Assembly: GCA_001822095.1 (NCBI GenBank) | Contig: MHPP01000014.1 | Span: 1,662-65,661, forward strand | Reading direction: 5' to 3' | Length of the DNA: 64,000 nucleotides | DNA from: Candidatus Staskawiczbacteria bacterium RIFOXYC1_FULL_38_18 | Lineage (GTDB): Bacteria; Patescibacteriota; Minisyncoccia; Minisyncoccales; Staskawiczbacteraceae | In this document: positions 52,779-62,078 of the stretch, piece by piece | Numbering within the stretch: position 1 is the first letter of the stretch | How the letters are laid out: every line of letters starts with the position of its first letter | Program-made: the position numbers and the translations under genes | Notes under the pieces: generated by a model | Databases searched by the model: none | Told to the model about the DNA's origin: nothing | The model's input: only the letters and a program-made list of their open reading frames with translations

Positions 52779-54713
52779 ATGAAAGAGCAAATAATACAAA
52801 AAGGAGATATTTTTGGAGAGGAATTAAAGCACCATATACTCCGCCGCCTCTCTGAAATAATAGTTGGAAAGGAGACAAATATTACCTCATCTATTTTAGA
52901 ATTTTTAATCGAGCAAACTCTCTTGGAGAAAAGCGAGAAGGTAATGATATCTCGAGAAAAAATCGCCCTGGGAATCAAAGAAATTTTTTTACTTAAATTT
53001 TCGATAGAAGAGCTGGAAGAGCCACTACAAAACCTAATAACAGCTGGTAGGGTTAAGGCATCGAATAAAATTTTTTGTTTAGTAATAGACAGATTCGGAG
53101 AATTAAAGAAGAGGAACGCGGAGACAAAAAGGTTTGAAAAACAAATTCTGAATGAGTGGTGGGATAAAATATCTATTCAGTACCCCGAAATCGGTTCAAA
53201 ATTTAAGGAGGATTTAACGGGGGATCTTCAGTTATATTTGAATAAAATATTTCTGAAACATGGGGCAGAATGCGCCGGTCTTATTTACCCTAAGGACTCT
53301 AAATTAGACGAATATATTAGACTATTATTGACAGAAGAAGAGTTTGAAAAATGTTTACCCAAAAGATCTGCGGAGATAGAGAGAGTTCGTAAAATCGAAT
53401 TCCCACTTTTCCTTAGAAATATTGATAGTAAGAAAAAAAAATATCTATCTCAACTCCTCGACGGTACATTTATTTACCGCATTGTTCAAGCCGATCCGCA
53501 AACTAAAAAATATATTGCTACTAGCTTCAAGAGCTATTCTCTGTACCTAGATACTAATGTTCTCTATTCATTGTTTGATTTAAGCGTTAGAAATAAAACA
53601 ACTGTCGAGAGAACGATTGATTTAGCCCGAGAGTTTGGAATGAAAATATTAGTCTCTAAAAGAACGGTGGAAGAAATGAAAAAGTCGGTAGAGAGCAACG
53701 GGGCCTCTTTATTGAAAAGTCCGGATATCAGGCGTGATCTAGCGGAAATTGCTGCAGATATTTCCGAAGAAGAAAATTTTATTACCGCTTATAGGCGTGA
53801 ATATTATAGAACAGGAATAAACAAGACTGATTTTATAAACAAATTTACTCATGTTTCAGAACTTCTTAAAAATAAAGGCATAGAAATAGATACAAGAATA
53901 ATCAATTTTTCAAAGGAAACTATAGAAAAAGAGACCCGGATACTTAACGATAATATACGCATTAAGAAAGACCTAGACGTTGCACAACACGATGCTTATA
54001 GTTGTTTATTAATAAGAAGGCTTCGTAAAGAAACAGAGGCTAATCAATCTGAAGGAAGGTACTGGTTTCTGACATTGGATTATCAACTACTGATTTATGG
54101 AGCAAAAACCAAAGATGCAGGAGAGCCTTCTTTCTCGTTATTACCACATCAATTATTACAGTTATTGCGTCCTTTTACCCAAAGAACTGAAGAATACGAC
54201 TCTGATTTTATTGAGCTGTTCTCTCGCCCCCAGATAAAATCTGCACAAGGGATTCTACCCAATAATTTGGCAGAGAAAATAATGGCTAAAATTTCATCTT
54301 TTAAGGAAGTTAGGCCAGACATTGCTTTAAGCATTATCCTGAATGCAGAGTTTATTAAGGCTGTTTCTACCGAGAAAGACCCCGTTAAGATAGAAGAGGA
54401 AACAGCCAAGCAGATTGGGGATCGTCTCGCTATACGACTATCACAAGTGGAGGACAGGTTGAGACATATGGAGTTACAAAAAACACCTGCGCCGCAAACG
54501 GTTCGCTCTCTTAGCACAAGTAATTATTGGAACCTTGTTAATCCTCTCTGGCTTGTATGGCAATTACTAAAGTGGTTTTATAACTTAATTAAGAAGCATA
54601 AACTAATATCCGGTTTGATAGTTTTTATGGGTTTAATAGCAACGGATTACTCAATGGCCTGGCAAAACTTAAAAACGATCTGGAGGTTTATCAAAAACGC
54701 AATTGGGTTGTGA
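52779..54713 (+). CDS. Large hypothetical protein with central PIN-like nuclease domain and C-terminal hydrophobic helix
   Basis: YSLYLDTNVLYSLFDL is a PIN domain strand-1 motif with Asp. Downstream acidic residues are present (EEMKKS, QHDAYSCLLI, FLTLDYQL). About 240 aa of unknown N-terminal region precede it and a C-terminal LISGLIVFMGLIA helix follows. Confidence 0.4.
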   Translation: MKEQIIQKGDIFGEELKHHILRRLSEIIVGKETNITSSILEFLIEQTLLEKSEKVMISREKIALGIKEIFLLKFSIEELEEPLQNLITAGRVKASNKIFCLVIDRFGELKKRNAETKRFEKQILNEWWDKISIQYPEIGSKFKEDLTGDLQLYLNKIFLKHGAECAGLIYPKDSKLDEYIRLLLTEEEFEKCLPKRSAEIERVRKIEFPLFLRNIDSKKKKYLSQLLDGTFIYRIVQADPQTKKYIATSFKSYSLYLDTNVLYSLFDLSVRNKTTVERTIDLAREFGMKILVSKRTVEEMKKSVESNGASLLKSPDIRRDLAEIAADISEEENFITAYRREYYRTGINKTDFINKFTHVSELLKNKGIEIDTRIINFSKETIEKETRILNDNIRIKKDLDVAQHDAYSCLLIRRLRKETEANQSEGRYWFLTLDYQLLIYGAKTKDAGEPSFSLLPHQLLQLLRPFTQRTEEYDSDFIELFSRPQIKSAQGILPNNLAEKIMAKISSFKEVRPDIALSIILNAEFIKAVSTEKDPVKIEEETAKQIGDRLAIRLSQVEDRLRHMELQKTPAPQTVRSLSTSNYWNLVNPLWLVWQLLKWFYNLIKKHKLISGLIVFMGLIATDYSMAWQNLKTIWRFIKNAIGL

Positions 54714-54765
54714 ACTATCTCGTCGGTAAGAATGATTTTATTGTGCGACAAATTGGATAAAACAA

Positions 54766-54792
54766 AAAACTGGCCGAGGGGTCAGTTTTATC
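54766..54792. terminator. Bidirectional terminator between convergent genes
   Basis: aaaaaactggccgaggggtcagtttta: a hairpin with an A-tract and a T-tract. It is preceded by a TTTTATTGTGCGACAAAT motif copy at 54737-54754. Confidence 0.6.
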
Positions 54793-54893
54793 ATTGTTAT
54801 TTTTTGTCTGAAAATATTTTTTAATAAAAAAGGCGCCGATCGTTGAACGACAAGCGCCAGTGCGTGAAACAGCTTAGTCGTTGGCGTTAGCCA

Positions 54894-56084
54894 TCAACAA
54901 GCTTTAATCTTTAACCGCATTCCTCGGGGAAGGGAGCGATGGATTGTTTCCCGAAGAGTAGATACGGTATTGAAAAGTCTCTCAAGAGAGGTGTCCAGAC
55001 TTTGGATATGACTTTCGTCCAACCTGCCTAGCAAGATTTGGATTTCAGAATCCGCCATGTCTGTGTAGGTGCGAAGCTTGTATTCCATGCCTCTGGCTTG
55101 AGATCCCAAGGAGGCGATTTTCTCGCCGGCGTGATGATGACTGTTGCGCTGAATTCCTGAGACGCCTCGCAAAGCCGATGCAATATAGTGCTGAGCCTGA
55201 GCCAAAGACATCTTCTGTCCAATGATTTCCTTGGCAAGAGGAATTTGAGACTCGGCTGGCTTAACCTGCGAAAGTAAAAGTCCCAACTGGAAGCTAAGAG
55301 GAGCCTTAATCCTTCTAGAACCGCTGCTCACAGAACCGGTATCTCCGCCTTCCTTGCCTTTGACAACCGGAATCATCCAGTTTAGTACTGTTGGATGAAG
55401 TTTGCGCAGCATAAATTGCTGGCCAACCCATCCCACAGACTTTCCAAAGATGTCTGCGATATGTTTGTCGGTGCGCCCGTTGTTTTTCATGCGCAAGACT
55501 GCCGCCAGGCGCTCTACCGGATCGTGGTCGTGGCGATTGCAATTTGCTGCAACAGAAGCCTCAAAGAGGGTTTCTATGTCAGCGCCGCCTTCCCAGACGT
55601 AAGCTGAGATGCCCCGTTTAAGAAGCATGCAAGCTTTGAGCCGGCCTTCGCCGTCAACAAGTTGCGCGTCAAAGTCAGGGTTTCCGTCGATTTTCACGAC
55701 AATAACCGGAACAAGCTGTCCAACAGCATCTATACTGTTAGCTAGCGAATCAATACCAAAAAATCGTTGCCGGATTTGGTTTTTCATCGGACGGATTTTG
55801 AATGGATTAAAAGCCTCAACTCGCGGCAGTACGACTTTGCTCATGTCAACTTCCGGAGTTGCATTTTGGGCGGGCTCGTTTTTGTGTTTGCCCTTGCCAG
55901 CTTTTGCAAAAATAGACTTGGCAGATGAAACTGGTTCCTCGCGATTGGCTGGTTTTGCCACGATATTGCCGCTGCGTTGCGCTGGGACGGAATTAAACAT
56001 CCGCAGGCTAGCCTCACTAATGCCGGAATTACCAGCAGAGATTGGCTTTGCCGCTGCAATTGGGGCGCTTTTTGGCTTTTTCAT
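54894..56084 (-). CDS. ParB-like nuclease-domain protein (GC-richer gene)
   Basis: The central ParB-N/Srx block FNPFKIRP...LANSIDAVGQLVPVIVVKIDG...QLVDGEGRLKA is present. The N-terminus is low-complexity and basic. Its own promoter TTGACA-17-TATATT lies at ~56150-56180 (minus strand). Confidence 0.5.
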   Translation of the reverse strand: MKKPKSAPIAAAKPISAGNSGISEASLRMFNSVPAQRSGNIVAKPANREEPVSSAKSIFAKAGKGKHKNEPAQNATPEVDMSKVVLPRVEAFNPFKIRPMKNQIRQRFFGIDSLANSIDAVGQLVPVIVVKIDGNPDFDAQLVDGEGRLKACMLLKRGISAYVWEGGADIETLFEASVAANCNRHDHDPVERLAAVLRMKNNGRTDKHIADIFGKSVGWVGQQFMLRKLHPTVLNWMIPVVKGKEGGDTGSVSSGSRRIKAPLSFQLGLLLSQVKPAESQIPLAKEIIGQKMSLAQAQHYIASALRGVSGIQRNSHHHAGEKIASLGSQARGMEYKLRTYTDMADSEIQILLGRLDESHIQSLDTSLERLFNTVSTLRETIHRSLPRGMRLKIKAC

Positions 56085-56232
56085 AATTGTCCCTCTCGCA
56101 ATAATAGTGACAACGAACTGCTAGATGCAAACTCACTACGGGCAAGTTCGCATAAAAATATTAGTTTAATATATAAAAATAATCTGCCATTGTCAATTTA
56201 AAAAAAGAGATTATATTTTTATTGTGCGACGT

Positions 56233-57204
56233 TTACTTTTTATCTGGGTCGGAATGGAACTGGTGGTGGATGTCACGGAGGCGTTTGTTGGTTACGTGCG
56301 TGTAAATTTGGGTTGTGGCGATGTTGGAGTGGCCAAGAAATTCTTGGATGCTGCGAAGGTCAACTCCTTGGTTTAATAAATCGGTGGCATAACTGTGGCG
56401 CAAAGTGTGGGGGGTTGTGAAAATTGGCACGCCAGAAAGCAAAGCATATTTTTTAACCATGCGTTCAATTGACCTTGGCGTCAGGCGGGCATCTGTATCA
56501 TCTTTTTTATCGCGAAAGTTAATAAACAAAGCTTTTTGATTGGCATGATTAACACCATTTCTTATTTCAAGATATTTTTTAATAAAGTTTAATGCCCGTT
56601 CAGAAAAATAAACAACACGCGGTTTCCCGCCTTTTCCAATGACGCCCAACTCTATATCCTTTTTATCTTTTAGGCTGTTAAACTGTTCAAGATTTAATGA
56701 TACTAATTCGGCAATTCTGAGGCCGGTTGAAAAAAAAGCTTCTAAAATAGCCCTGTCACGTAGGCTAATATCGTCTTTTGGCTCAATAGACGATAAAAGC
56801 TTACCAATCTGGTCTAAACTAAGGAATTTCACGCTTTTTAGGCCTTTATCAGCCTTTGCAAGGGCTATTTTATCGGGGGGCAGCGAAAGTATGTCTTTTG
56901 CCACAAAGTAGCCTAAAAGGCCTCTTAAAGCGATTAAATAGTAGTTTTGGGTGCCTTTTGACAGCAATTTACCGGTAGCAGGGCTTGGGGTGCGGGAAAG
57001 GTATAATCTATAGTCCCAAATATGGTCTGAGGTCAATTGATGGGGGAGTAAAGAGGATAATTTAGCGTGGTCTAACCAATGAAAAAACTTTTCTAAATAT
57101 TTTTTATAATTATCTTGAGTATTTTTTCTTAAACCTTTTTCTACTTCGCAGAAATCTAAAAAATCCTGGAGATTTTCTTTAATTGGTTTGGTTGAATTTT
57201 CCAT
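56233..57204 (-). CDS. Tyrosine recombinase (XerC/XerD-like phage-integrase family)
   Basis: A core-binding N-domain is present. The C-terminal catalytic R...HxxR...Y pattern is HTLRHSYATDLL...GHSNIATTQIYTHV. Confidence 0.8.
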   Translation of the reverse strand: MENSTKPIKENLQDFLDFCEVEKGLRKNTQDNYKKYLEKFFHWLDHAKLSSLLPHQLTSDHIWDYRLYLSRTPSPATGKLLSKGTQNYYLIALRGLLGYFVAKDILSLPPDKIALAKADKGLKSVKFLSLDQIGKLLSSIEPKDDISLRDRAILEAFFSTGLRIAELVSLNLEQFNSLKDKKDIELGVIGKGGKPRVVYFSERALNFIKKYLEIRNGVNHANQKALFINFRDKKDDTDARLTPRSIERMVKKYALLSGVPIFTTPHTLRHSYATDLLNQGVDLRSIQEFLGHSNIATTQIYTHVTNKRLRDIHHQFHSDPDKK

Positions 57205-57306
57205 GTCTTTTTTTGAGTTGCCTTATTGCCCTACTCTACAACGTCGGTTTACCTACATTTTGCGACGTAGTATATATCTATAATAACGCTCCCCTAGGGC
57301 GTGTCA

Positions 57307-57376
57307 ACCCCGTTAGAAATAGCCCGCCCATAGGCTCTTCGGGCGCGTTTCGCGCGGGCGAGATTTCTAACGGGGT
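57307..57376. repeat. 70-bp GC-rich nested palindromic element (14-bp perfect outer arms ACCCCGTTAGAAAT / ATTTCTAACGGGGT enclosing GC-rich inner hairpins)
   Basis: accccgttagaaat agcccgcccataggctcttcgggcgcgtttcgcgcgggcgag atttctaacggggt. It lies in an AT-rich intergenic region upstream of the recombinase gene. Confidence 0.7.
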
Positions 57377-57448
57377 CAATGGGGTTGTAAATTATTTTAA
57401 AAAAGATGATGCATATATCACCTTTCTAATCATATTATTATAAAAAAT

Positions 57449-57748
57449 TTATTTTTGGAGAATATTTTGAAAAATACTATTTTTATTTTGGTTTGTATTT
57501 TGATCTACCGTGGTTTTTACCGGCTCTCCCCCGCCTTTCAGTCCCCCGCTGATTTTAGTATAAACTCCGGAGGCATTTGATACCGCCCAGCCCGATAACT
57601 TGGCCCAATAGATTTCTTTTTGGACTGCTATGCCTAGATATAATTTCTTTCCATATTCCCTTGCATACGGCTGCTGGCTCAAAAAAGTCGCACCAAGAAT
57701 AAAAATTATAATAATTATATAACCTGCGCGGCTAAAATTCTCAAACAT
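57449..57748 (-). CDS. Hypothetical small membrane/secreted protein
   Basis: The ORF starts at the internal Met (MFENFSRAGYIIIIIF...). A TM helix is present. The C-terminus is Gly-rich. Confidence 0.35.
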   Translation of the reverse strand: MFENFSRAGYIIIIIFILGATFLSQQPYAREYGKKLYLGIAVQKEIYWAKLSGWAVSNASGVYTKISGGLKGGGEPVKTTVDQNTNQNKNSIFQNILQK

Positions 57749-57848
57749 TTTTGAAATATAATTTATTAATTTATTAATAATCGTACTATCTGCGCTTACG
57801 CGCCATTTGCACAGACGGGGTTTATTCCCCATCTGTCGCACAATAAAA

Positions 57849-58331
57849 CTACTCTGGCTGAGTTGTATGAGTGATTAAATCCAGGGGATATTTTGTGCCT
57901 GAAAAATAGTCTTTTACCATTTGTTTTATATCTAAATCTCGCAGCACATTTAAATCCATTTTTTCTATTTCTTCTGGTGCAAACCATTTGGTTTCTGATA
58001 TTTCATCCTGTAAAAATTTTCCTTGGTTCTCTGAAATTTTACCGATATAAATAATTTTTATTCCATGATGAAAACTTTCAACATCGTTCTTGTTTTTGAA
58101 TATTGAATATACGCCCAAAATATTTTTTGGATTAAAATCAAATCCAGTTTCTTCTCTTACTTCTTTTCTGACTGCATCAATGGGGCTCTCCCCCACCTCA
58201 ATCCAGCCCGCAGGATGGCTCCATTTTCCTTTTGCCGATGGACTGTTCTCCTTTACCAATAAAATTTTACCATCTCTTTCTATAATAGCTCCCGCCACGC
58301 CGAATGTTTGGGTATATACGCGTTTTGTCAT
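57849..58331 (-). CDS. NUDIX hydrolase
   Basis: The Nudix box GKWSHPAGWIEVGESPIDAVRKEVREETG (GX5EX7REUXEEXGU) is present. Confidence 0.8.
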   Translation of the reverse strand: MTKRVYTQTFGVAGAIIERDGKILLVKENSPSAKGKWSHPAGWIEVGESPIDAVRKEVREETGFDFNPKNILGVYSIFKNKNDVESFHHGIKIIYIGKISENQGKFLQDEISETKWFAPEEIEKMDLNVLRDLDIKQMVKDYFSGTKYPLDLITHTTQPE

Positions 58332-58334
58332 GTT

Positions 58335-59831
58335 TTAAAGTAATTTTATTGCTTGTTCTATGCGTTTTATTGTTTTTTCTTTGCCTAGAATATCTGCTAT
58401 TTCAAACGGACTTGGAGAAAATTTCTTGCCCGACAAAGCCACGCGCAACGGCCACAACAAATATCCTTTATTTTTTTCAGGATATCCTTTCTGTTTATTA
58501 AACTCCCCTGCCCCGGCTGTCAGACCTGCCTCAATATTTTTTATGTCCCATATTTTAATTTCCGACAAAATTTTGTCGCACAATAAAAGAGCCTCCTTAA
58601 TTTCTGTGTCCTGCATTGTTGACCATTTTAATAAATCTTTATCAAGACTTAATTTATCCGCAAAAAAGAAATCCGACAATTCAACAATATCAGAAAGTTT
58701 CTTCATCCTTGTTTTTGAGACTTCAACAATTTTTTCCAGCTGATTTTCGGTTACCTGCCCTGCAACCAGAAGCCCGGCTTCCCGCAAATATGGTTTGCAA
58801 AGTTCTGTTAATTTTTCAATATTTTTCTCTCTGATATAAAAGCCGTTTAGGAAATCCAGGCGGTCAATGTTAAAAACAGCGCCGGCTTTTTGCACTTTTT
58901 CTATTGAAAACTCTTTTACTAATTCAGATAGTGAAAAAATTTCTTTTTCCGTTCCCGGATTCCAGCCAAGCAAAACCATGAAGTTAACAAGAGCTTCGGG
59001 CAGATAACCGCTATTATGATAATCGGCTAATGCAACATCTCCCTGCCTTTTTGAAAGCTTGGATCTATCGGTATTTAGCATTAAAGGCAAATGAGCATAA
59101 ATAGGCTGGTAAAAGCCAAGCGCTTTTTGTATTAAAATTTGCCTTGGCGTGTTTGGCAGGTGTTCTTCACCTCTTATTACGTGACTAATTTCCATTTCAA
59201 AATCATCAACAACAACAGCAAAGTGATATAACGGCGAATCTAAATCTTTTGCAATTACCACGTCGCCCAAAAGCCTGGCATCAAATTCCACGTCGCCACG
59301 TATTAGGTCATTAAATTTTATTTTTTTGTTTTCAATTCTAAATCTTATCACAGAAGATTTTTTTTCGGCTAAATTTTTTTCAACGGTTTCCTTTGATAAG
59401 CGTGCGCACTTTCCGTCGTATTTTGGAGCCACTCCCCTGCTCATTTGATCTTGGCGCTTAGCTTCCAAATCTTCCTCTGTACAAAAACAATAATAAGCCT
59501 TGTTTTCCCCTAAAAGCTTTTCTAAATATTTTTTGTAAATATCTGTGCGCTGGGTTTGCTTGTATGGCCCAAATTTTCCGCCAATATCCGGGCCTTCGTT
59601 CCACTCTATTCCCAGCCACTTCAATTGCTCTATAATTTCTTCTGTCCATTTCTGCAAGGACCTTTCTTTATCAGTGTCCTCGATGCGCAAAACAAACCTG
59701 CCGCCATTTTTTTGGGCAAACAAATAATTAAATAAAGCGGTTCTGGACCCTCCCACATGCAAAGGCCCTGTGGGGCTTGGGGCAAACCTTACTCTCACCT
59801 GCCCCGCCGATTTTTTAGCAATTTTTTTCAT
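58335..59831 (-). CDS. gltX: Glutamyl-tRNA synthetase
   Basis: HIGH-type motif (PSPTGPLHVGGSRTALFNY) and KMSKS-type motif (KLSKR), with GluRS-specific blocks. Confidence 0.9.
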   Translation of the reverse strand: MKKIAKKSAGQVRVRFAPSPTGPLHVGGSRTALFNYLFAQKNGGRFVLRIEDTDKERSLQKWTEEIIEQLKWLGIEWNEGPDIGGKFGPYKQTQRTDIYKKYLEKLLGENKAYYCFCTEEDLEAKRQDQMSRGVAPKYDGKCARLSKETVEKNLAEKKSSVIRFRIENKKIKFNDLIRGDVEFDARLLGDVVIAKDLDSPLYHFAVVVDDFEMEISHVIRGEEHLPNTPRQILIQKALGFYQPIYAHLPLMLNTDRSKLSKRQGDVALADYHNSGYLPEALVNFMVLLGWNPGTEKEIFSLSELVKEFSIEKVQKAGAVFNIDRLDFLNGFYIREKNIEKLTELCKPYLREAGLLVAGQVTENQLEKIVEVSKTRMKKLSDIVELSDFFFADKLSLDKDLLKWSTMQDTEIKEALLLCDKILSEIKIWDIKNIEAGLTAGAGEFNKQKGYPEKNKGYLLWPLRVALSGKKFSPSPFEIADILGKEKTIKRIEQAIKLL

Positions 59832-59832
59832 T

Positions 59833-60948
59833 TTAATCTAGCGTTAAAAATTCTAATATTTCCCTTGCTACGGCTCTCGCAGCCAACGGTTTTGCAAACG
59901 AAAGCGCCGATTGCTTCATCTGCTCAATCTTGCTCGGATTTAAAAACAGCATCTGGACGTTTTCTATAAAAAAATTGGGCGTTAGGTTGTCCTGCTCAAT
60001 AACCAGGGCAGCTCCGGTGTCTGCGTATGCGTAGGCGTTTTTTGACTGGTGGTCTCCCGCCGAGGACGGCAAGGGAATCAGTATACTCGGCTTGCCAATT
60101 GCGGCGATTTCAAAGATAGAGCCAGAAGCCGACCGCGAAATTATCAAATCAGCGGCCTTGTAGGCGTGCTTAATTTGCTCTTCACTTAAAAACCCATAGG
60201 CATGATAATATTTTTGCAAATTTTGATTGGCCACAACTTGCGATTCAGCCCTGTCTCTTTTTAAATTTTCTATGCCGGTCATATGTATTATCTCATAGCT
60301 TTTAAGCAGGCTCTCTAAAACATTCAGGATAAAGTCGTTGATAGCTTCGGATCCCTGCGACCCCCCTATTATCAAAAAAACCGGTTTCTCAAAAGTTAGG
60401 CCAAAAACTTCTCCCGCGCTTTTTTTATCGCCCTCCAAAACCTCTTTTCTTATTGGATTTCCCGTAACGGTTGTTACTTTTGGGTCAAAAAATTCTGTTT
60501 TCTCAAAAGAAGTAAAAATCTTTTTTGCCCATTTTGATGTTTTTTGATTTGAAAGCCCTGGCACTACATCGGATTCGTGTAAAAACACTGGAATTTTTAG
60601 CAATCTAGCCGAAAAGGTTACAGCAAAAGAGCCCGACCCGCCCTTGCTGAAAACCAAATCGGGATTTATTACCAGAAGCATAAAAAAACTTTGTAAAATT
60701 CCGAAAGGAATTTTAAATAAAATGTCTACAAAATTTTGGAAAGAAAAATATCTGCGCAGTTTTCCCGAAACAATTGTTTTCATAATAAAATCTTCCTGCG
60801 ACAGCAAGGCCAGCCAAAAGCCGTCCTTTGGGCCCACGTAAAAAAGTTCCAAATCTTTTTTGGGATAAATCCTCCTTATTTCCCGCGCAATAGCGACCAA
60901 GGGAAAAACATGTCCTCCTGTTCCGCCCCCCGTGAATATTATTTTCAT
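59833..60948 (-). CDS. murG: UDP-N-acetylglucosamine--N-acetylmuramyl-(pentapeptide)-pyrophosphoryl-undecaprenol GlcNAc transferase
   Basis: MKIIFTGGGTGGHVFP is the N-terminal G-loop. The GT28 C-terminal domain is present. The start ATG overlaps the ftsW stop (ATGA). Confidence 0.85.
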   Translation of the reverse strand: MKIIFTGGGTGGHVFPLVAIAREIRRIYPKKDLELFYVGPKDGFWLALLSQEDFIMKTIVSGKLRRYFSFQNFVDILFKIPFGILQSFFMLLVINPDLVFSKGGSGSFAVTFSARLLKIPVFLHESDVVPGLSNQKTSKWAKKIFTSFEKTEFFDPKVTTVTGNPIRKEVLEGDKKSAGEVFGLTFEKPVFLIIGGSQGSEAINDFILNVLESLLKSYEIIHMTGIENLKRDRAESQVVANQNLQKYYHAYGFLSEEQIKHAYKAADLIISRSASGSIFEIAAIGKPSILIPLPSSAGDHQSKNAYAYADTGAALVIEQDNLTPNFFIENVQMLFLNPSKIEQMKQSALSFAKPLAARAVAREILEFLTLD

Positions 60949-62072
60949 GTATTTTTTGAGATGTTTAATAGTAGCCCCATGGCAAATATTTCTGTAATAA
61001 GATGCGAGCCTCCGGAAGAGAAAAATGGCAAAGGGATTCCCGCTATAGGAAACAGCCCGGCAGATGACGCGATGTTTATAAGCGCCTGAAGCGATATCCA
61101 AAAAACAATTCCTATTGCTGTCAATTTTGAAAACTTATCGTTTGAATTTTTATAAATCTGGATCCCGCGCCAAAAAAGAGCAATAAACGCGGCAATTATT
61201 ATTGCGCCCCCTATCAGCCCTAATTCCTCCCCTATTATTCCAAAAATAGAGTCAGACATTGCGGTTGGAAGCCCGCCGAATTTTTGGGTTGAGAGCCCCA
61301 ACCCTTTTCCCCAAAATCCGCCCGATCCCAGAGAAATTATTGATTGCGTAAGTTGGTGGCTTTCTCCCAGGGGATCGCGTGTAGGATTTAAAAAAGTAAG
61401 CCACCGGCTGAATCTATAAGGCTCAAGCCTTACCGCAAGCATTAGGGCGCCCAGGCCCGCAACAACAACCAAAAGCGTGTGCCAAATAGGGGTTTTTGCC
61501 GAAAAATATAACGCTAGCAACGTCAATGATATTATTCCAAGGGTGCTGATGTCTCTCTGCAAATATAGAGCAAAGGAAATTATTCCTAAAAAAATAAGAA
61601 AGGGCAAAAGAATATATATTGTATTATGATAACCTTTTTTTACATTGGATTTCCAGCCCCCCGCGCCTGTTTCGTATAATTTTGAGGCAATCCACGCCGA
61701 TAAATACATAATGGCTGTGATTTTTAAAAATTCGGCGGGCTGAATTGTTGCCTTGCCAAACGAAATCCATCTGCTTGCGCCAGCTATTTTTAGGCCAATG
61801 CCCGGAATAAACACAAAAAATAATCCCGCAATATTCAGCAAAACAAATGCCAGCGCCCATTTCCTCAGGACCCCTAAAGGAATTTTATAGCCCGCAAACC
61901 CCGCCACAATTGCCGGTAGAAATCCAAAAACCAGCTGGTGTAAAAAATAATAATTGGTGTTGCCAAATCTCTGCAGAGATGCGGGCGCAGAAACGCAGAA
62001 AAAAAACAGCAAGCTAAAAACAATAAATGCACAAATCAAGAAGAACAGGAAATAATCAAAGTGGCGCTTCAT
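60945..62072 (-). CDS. ftsW: FtsW/RodA/SpoVE-family lipid II flippase/peptidoglycan polymerase
   Basis: Ten TM helices with SEDS-family blocks (PAEFLKITAIMY, GSGGFWGKGLG). It lies between murD and murG. Confidence 0.85.
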   Translation of the reverse strand: MKRHFDYFLFFLICAFIVFSLLFFFCVSAPASLQRFGNTNYYFLHQLVFGFLPAIVAGFAGYKIPLGVLRKWALAFVLLNIAGLFFVFIPGIGLKIAGASRWISFGKATIQPAEFLKITAIMYLSAWIASKLYETGAGGWKSNVKKGYHNTIYILLPFLIFLGIISFALYLQRDISTLGIISLTLLALYFSAKTPIWHTLLVVVAGLGALMLAVRLEPYRFSRWLTFLNPTRDPLGESHQLTQSIISLGSGGFWGKGLGLSTQKFGGLPTAMSDSIFGIIGEELGLIGGAIIIAAFIALFWRGIQIYKNSNDKFSKLTAIGIVFWISLQALINIASSAGLFPIAGIPLPFFSSGGSHLITEIFAMGLLLNISKNT

Positions 62073-62078
62073 GCAAGA

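Noticed and set aside
57183-57443. 86-aa plus-strand ORF overlapping the GC-rich palindromic element
   Set aside because: There is no SD and it is composed largely of the palindrome translated. It is more likely non-coding.
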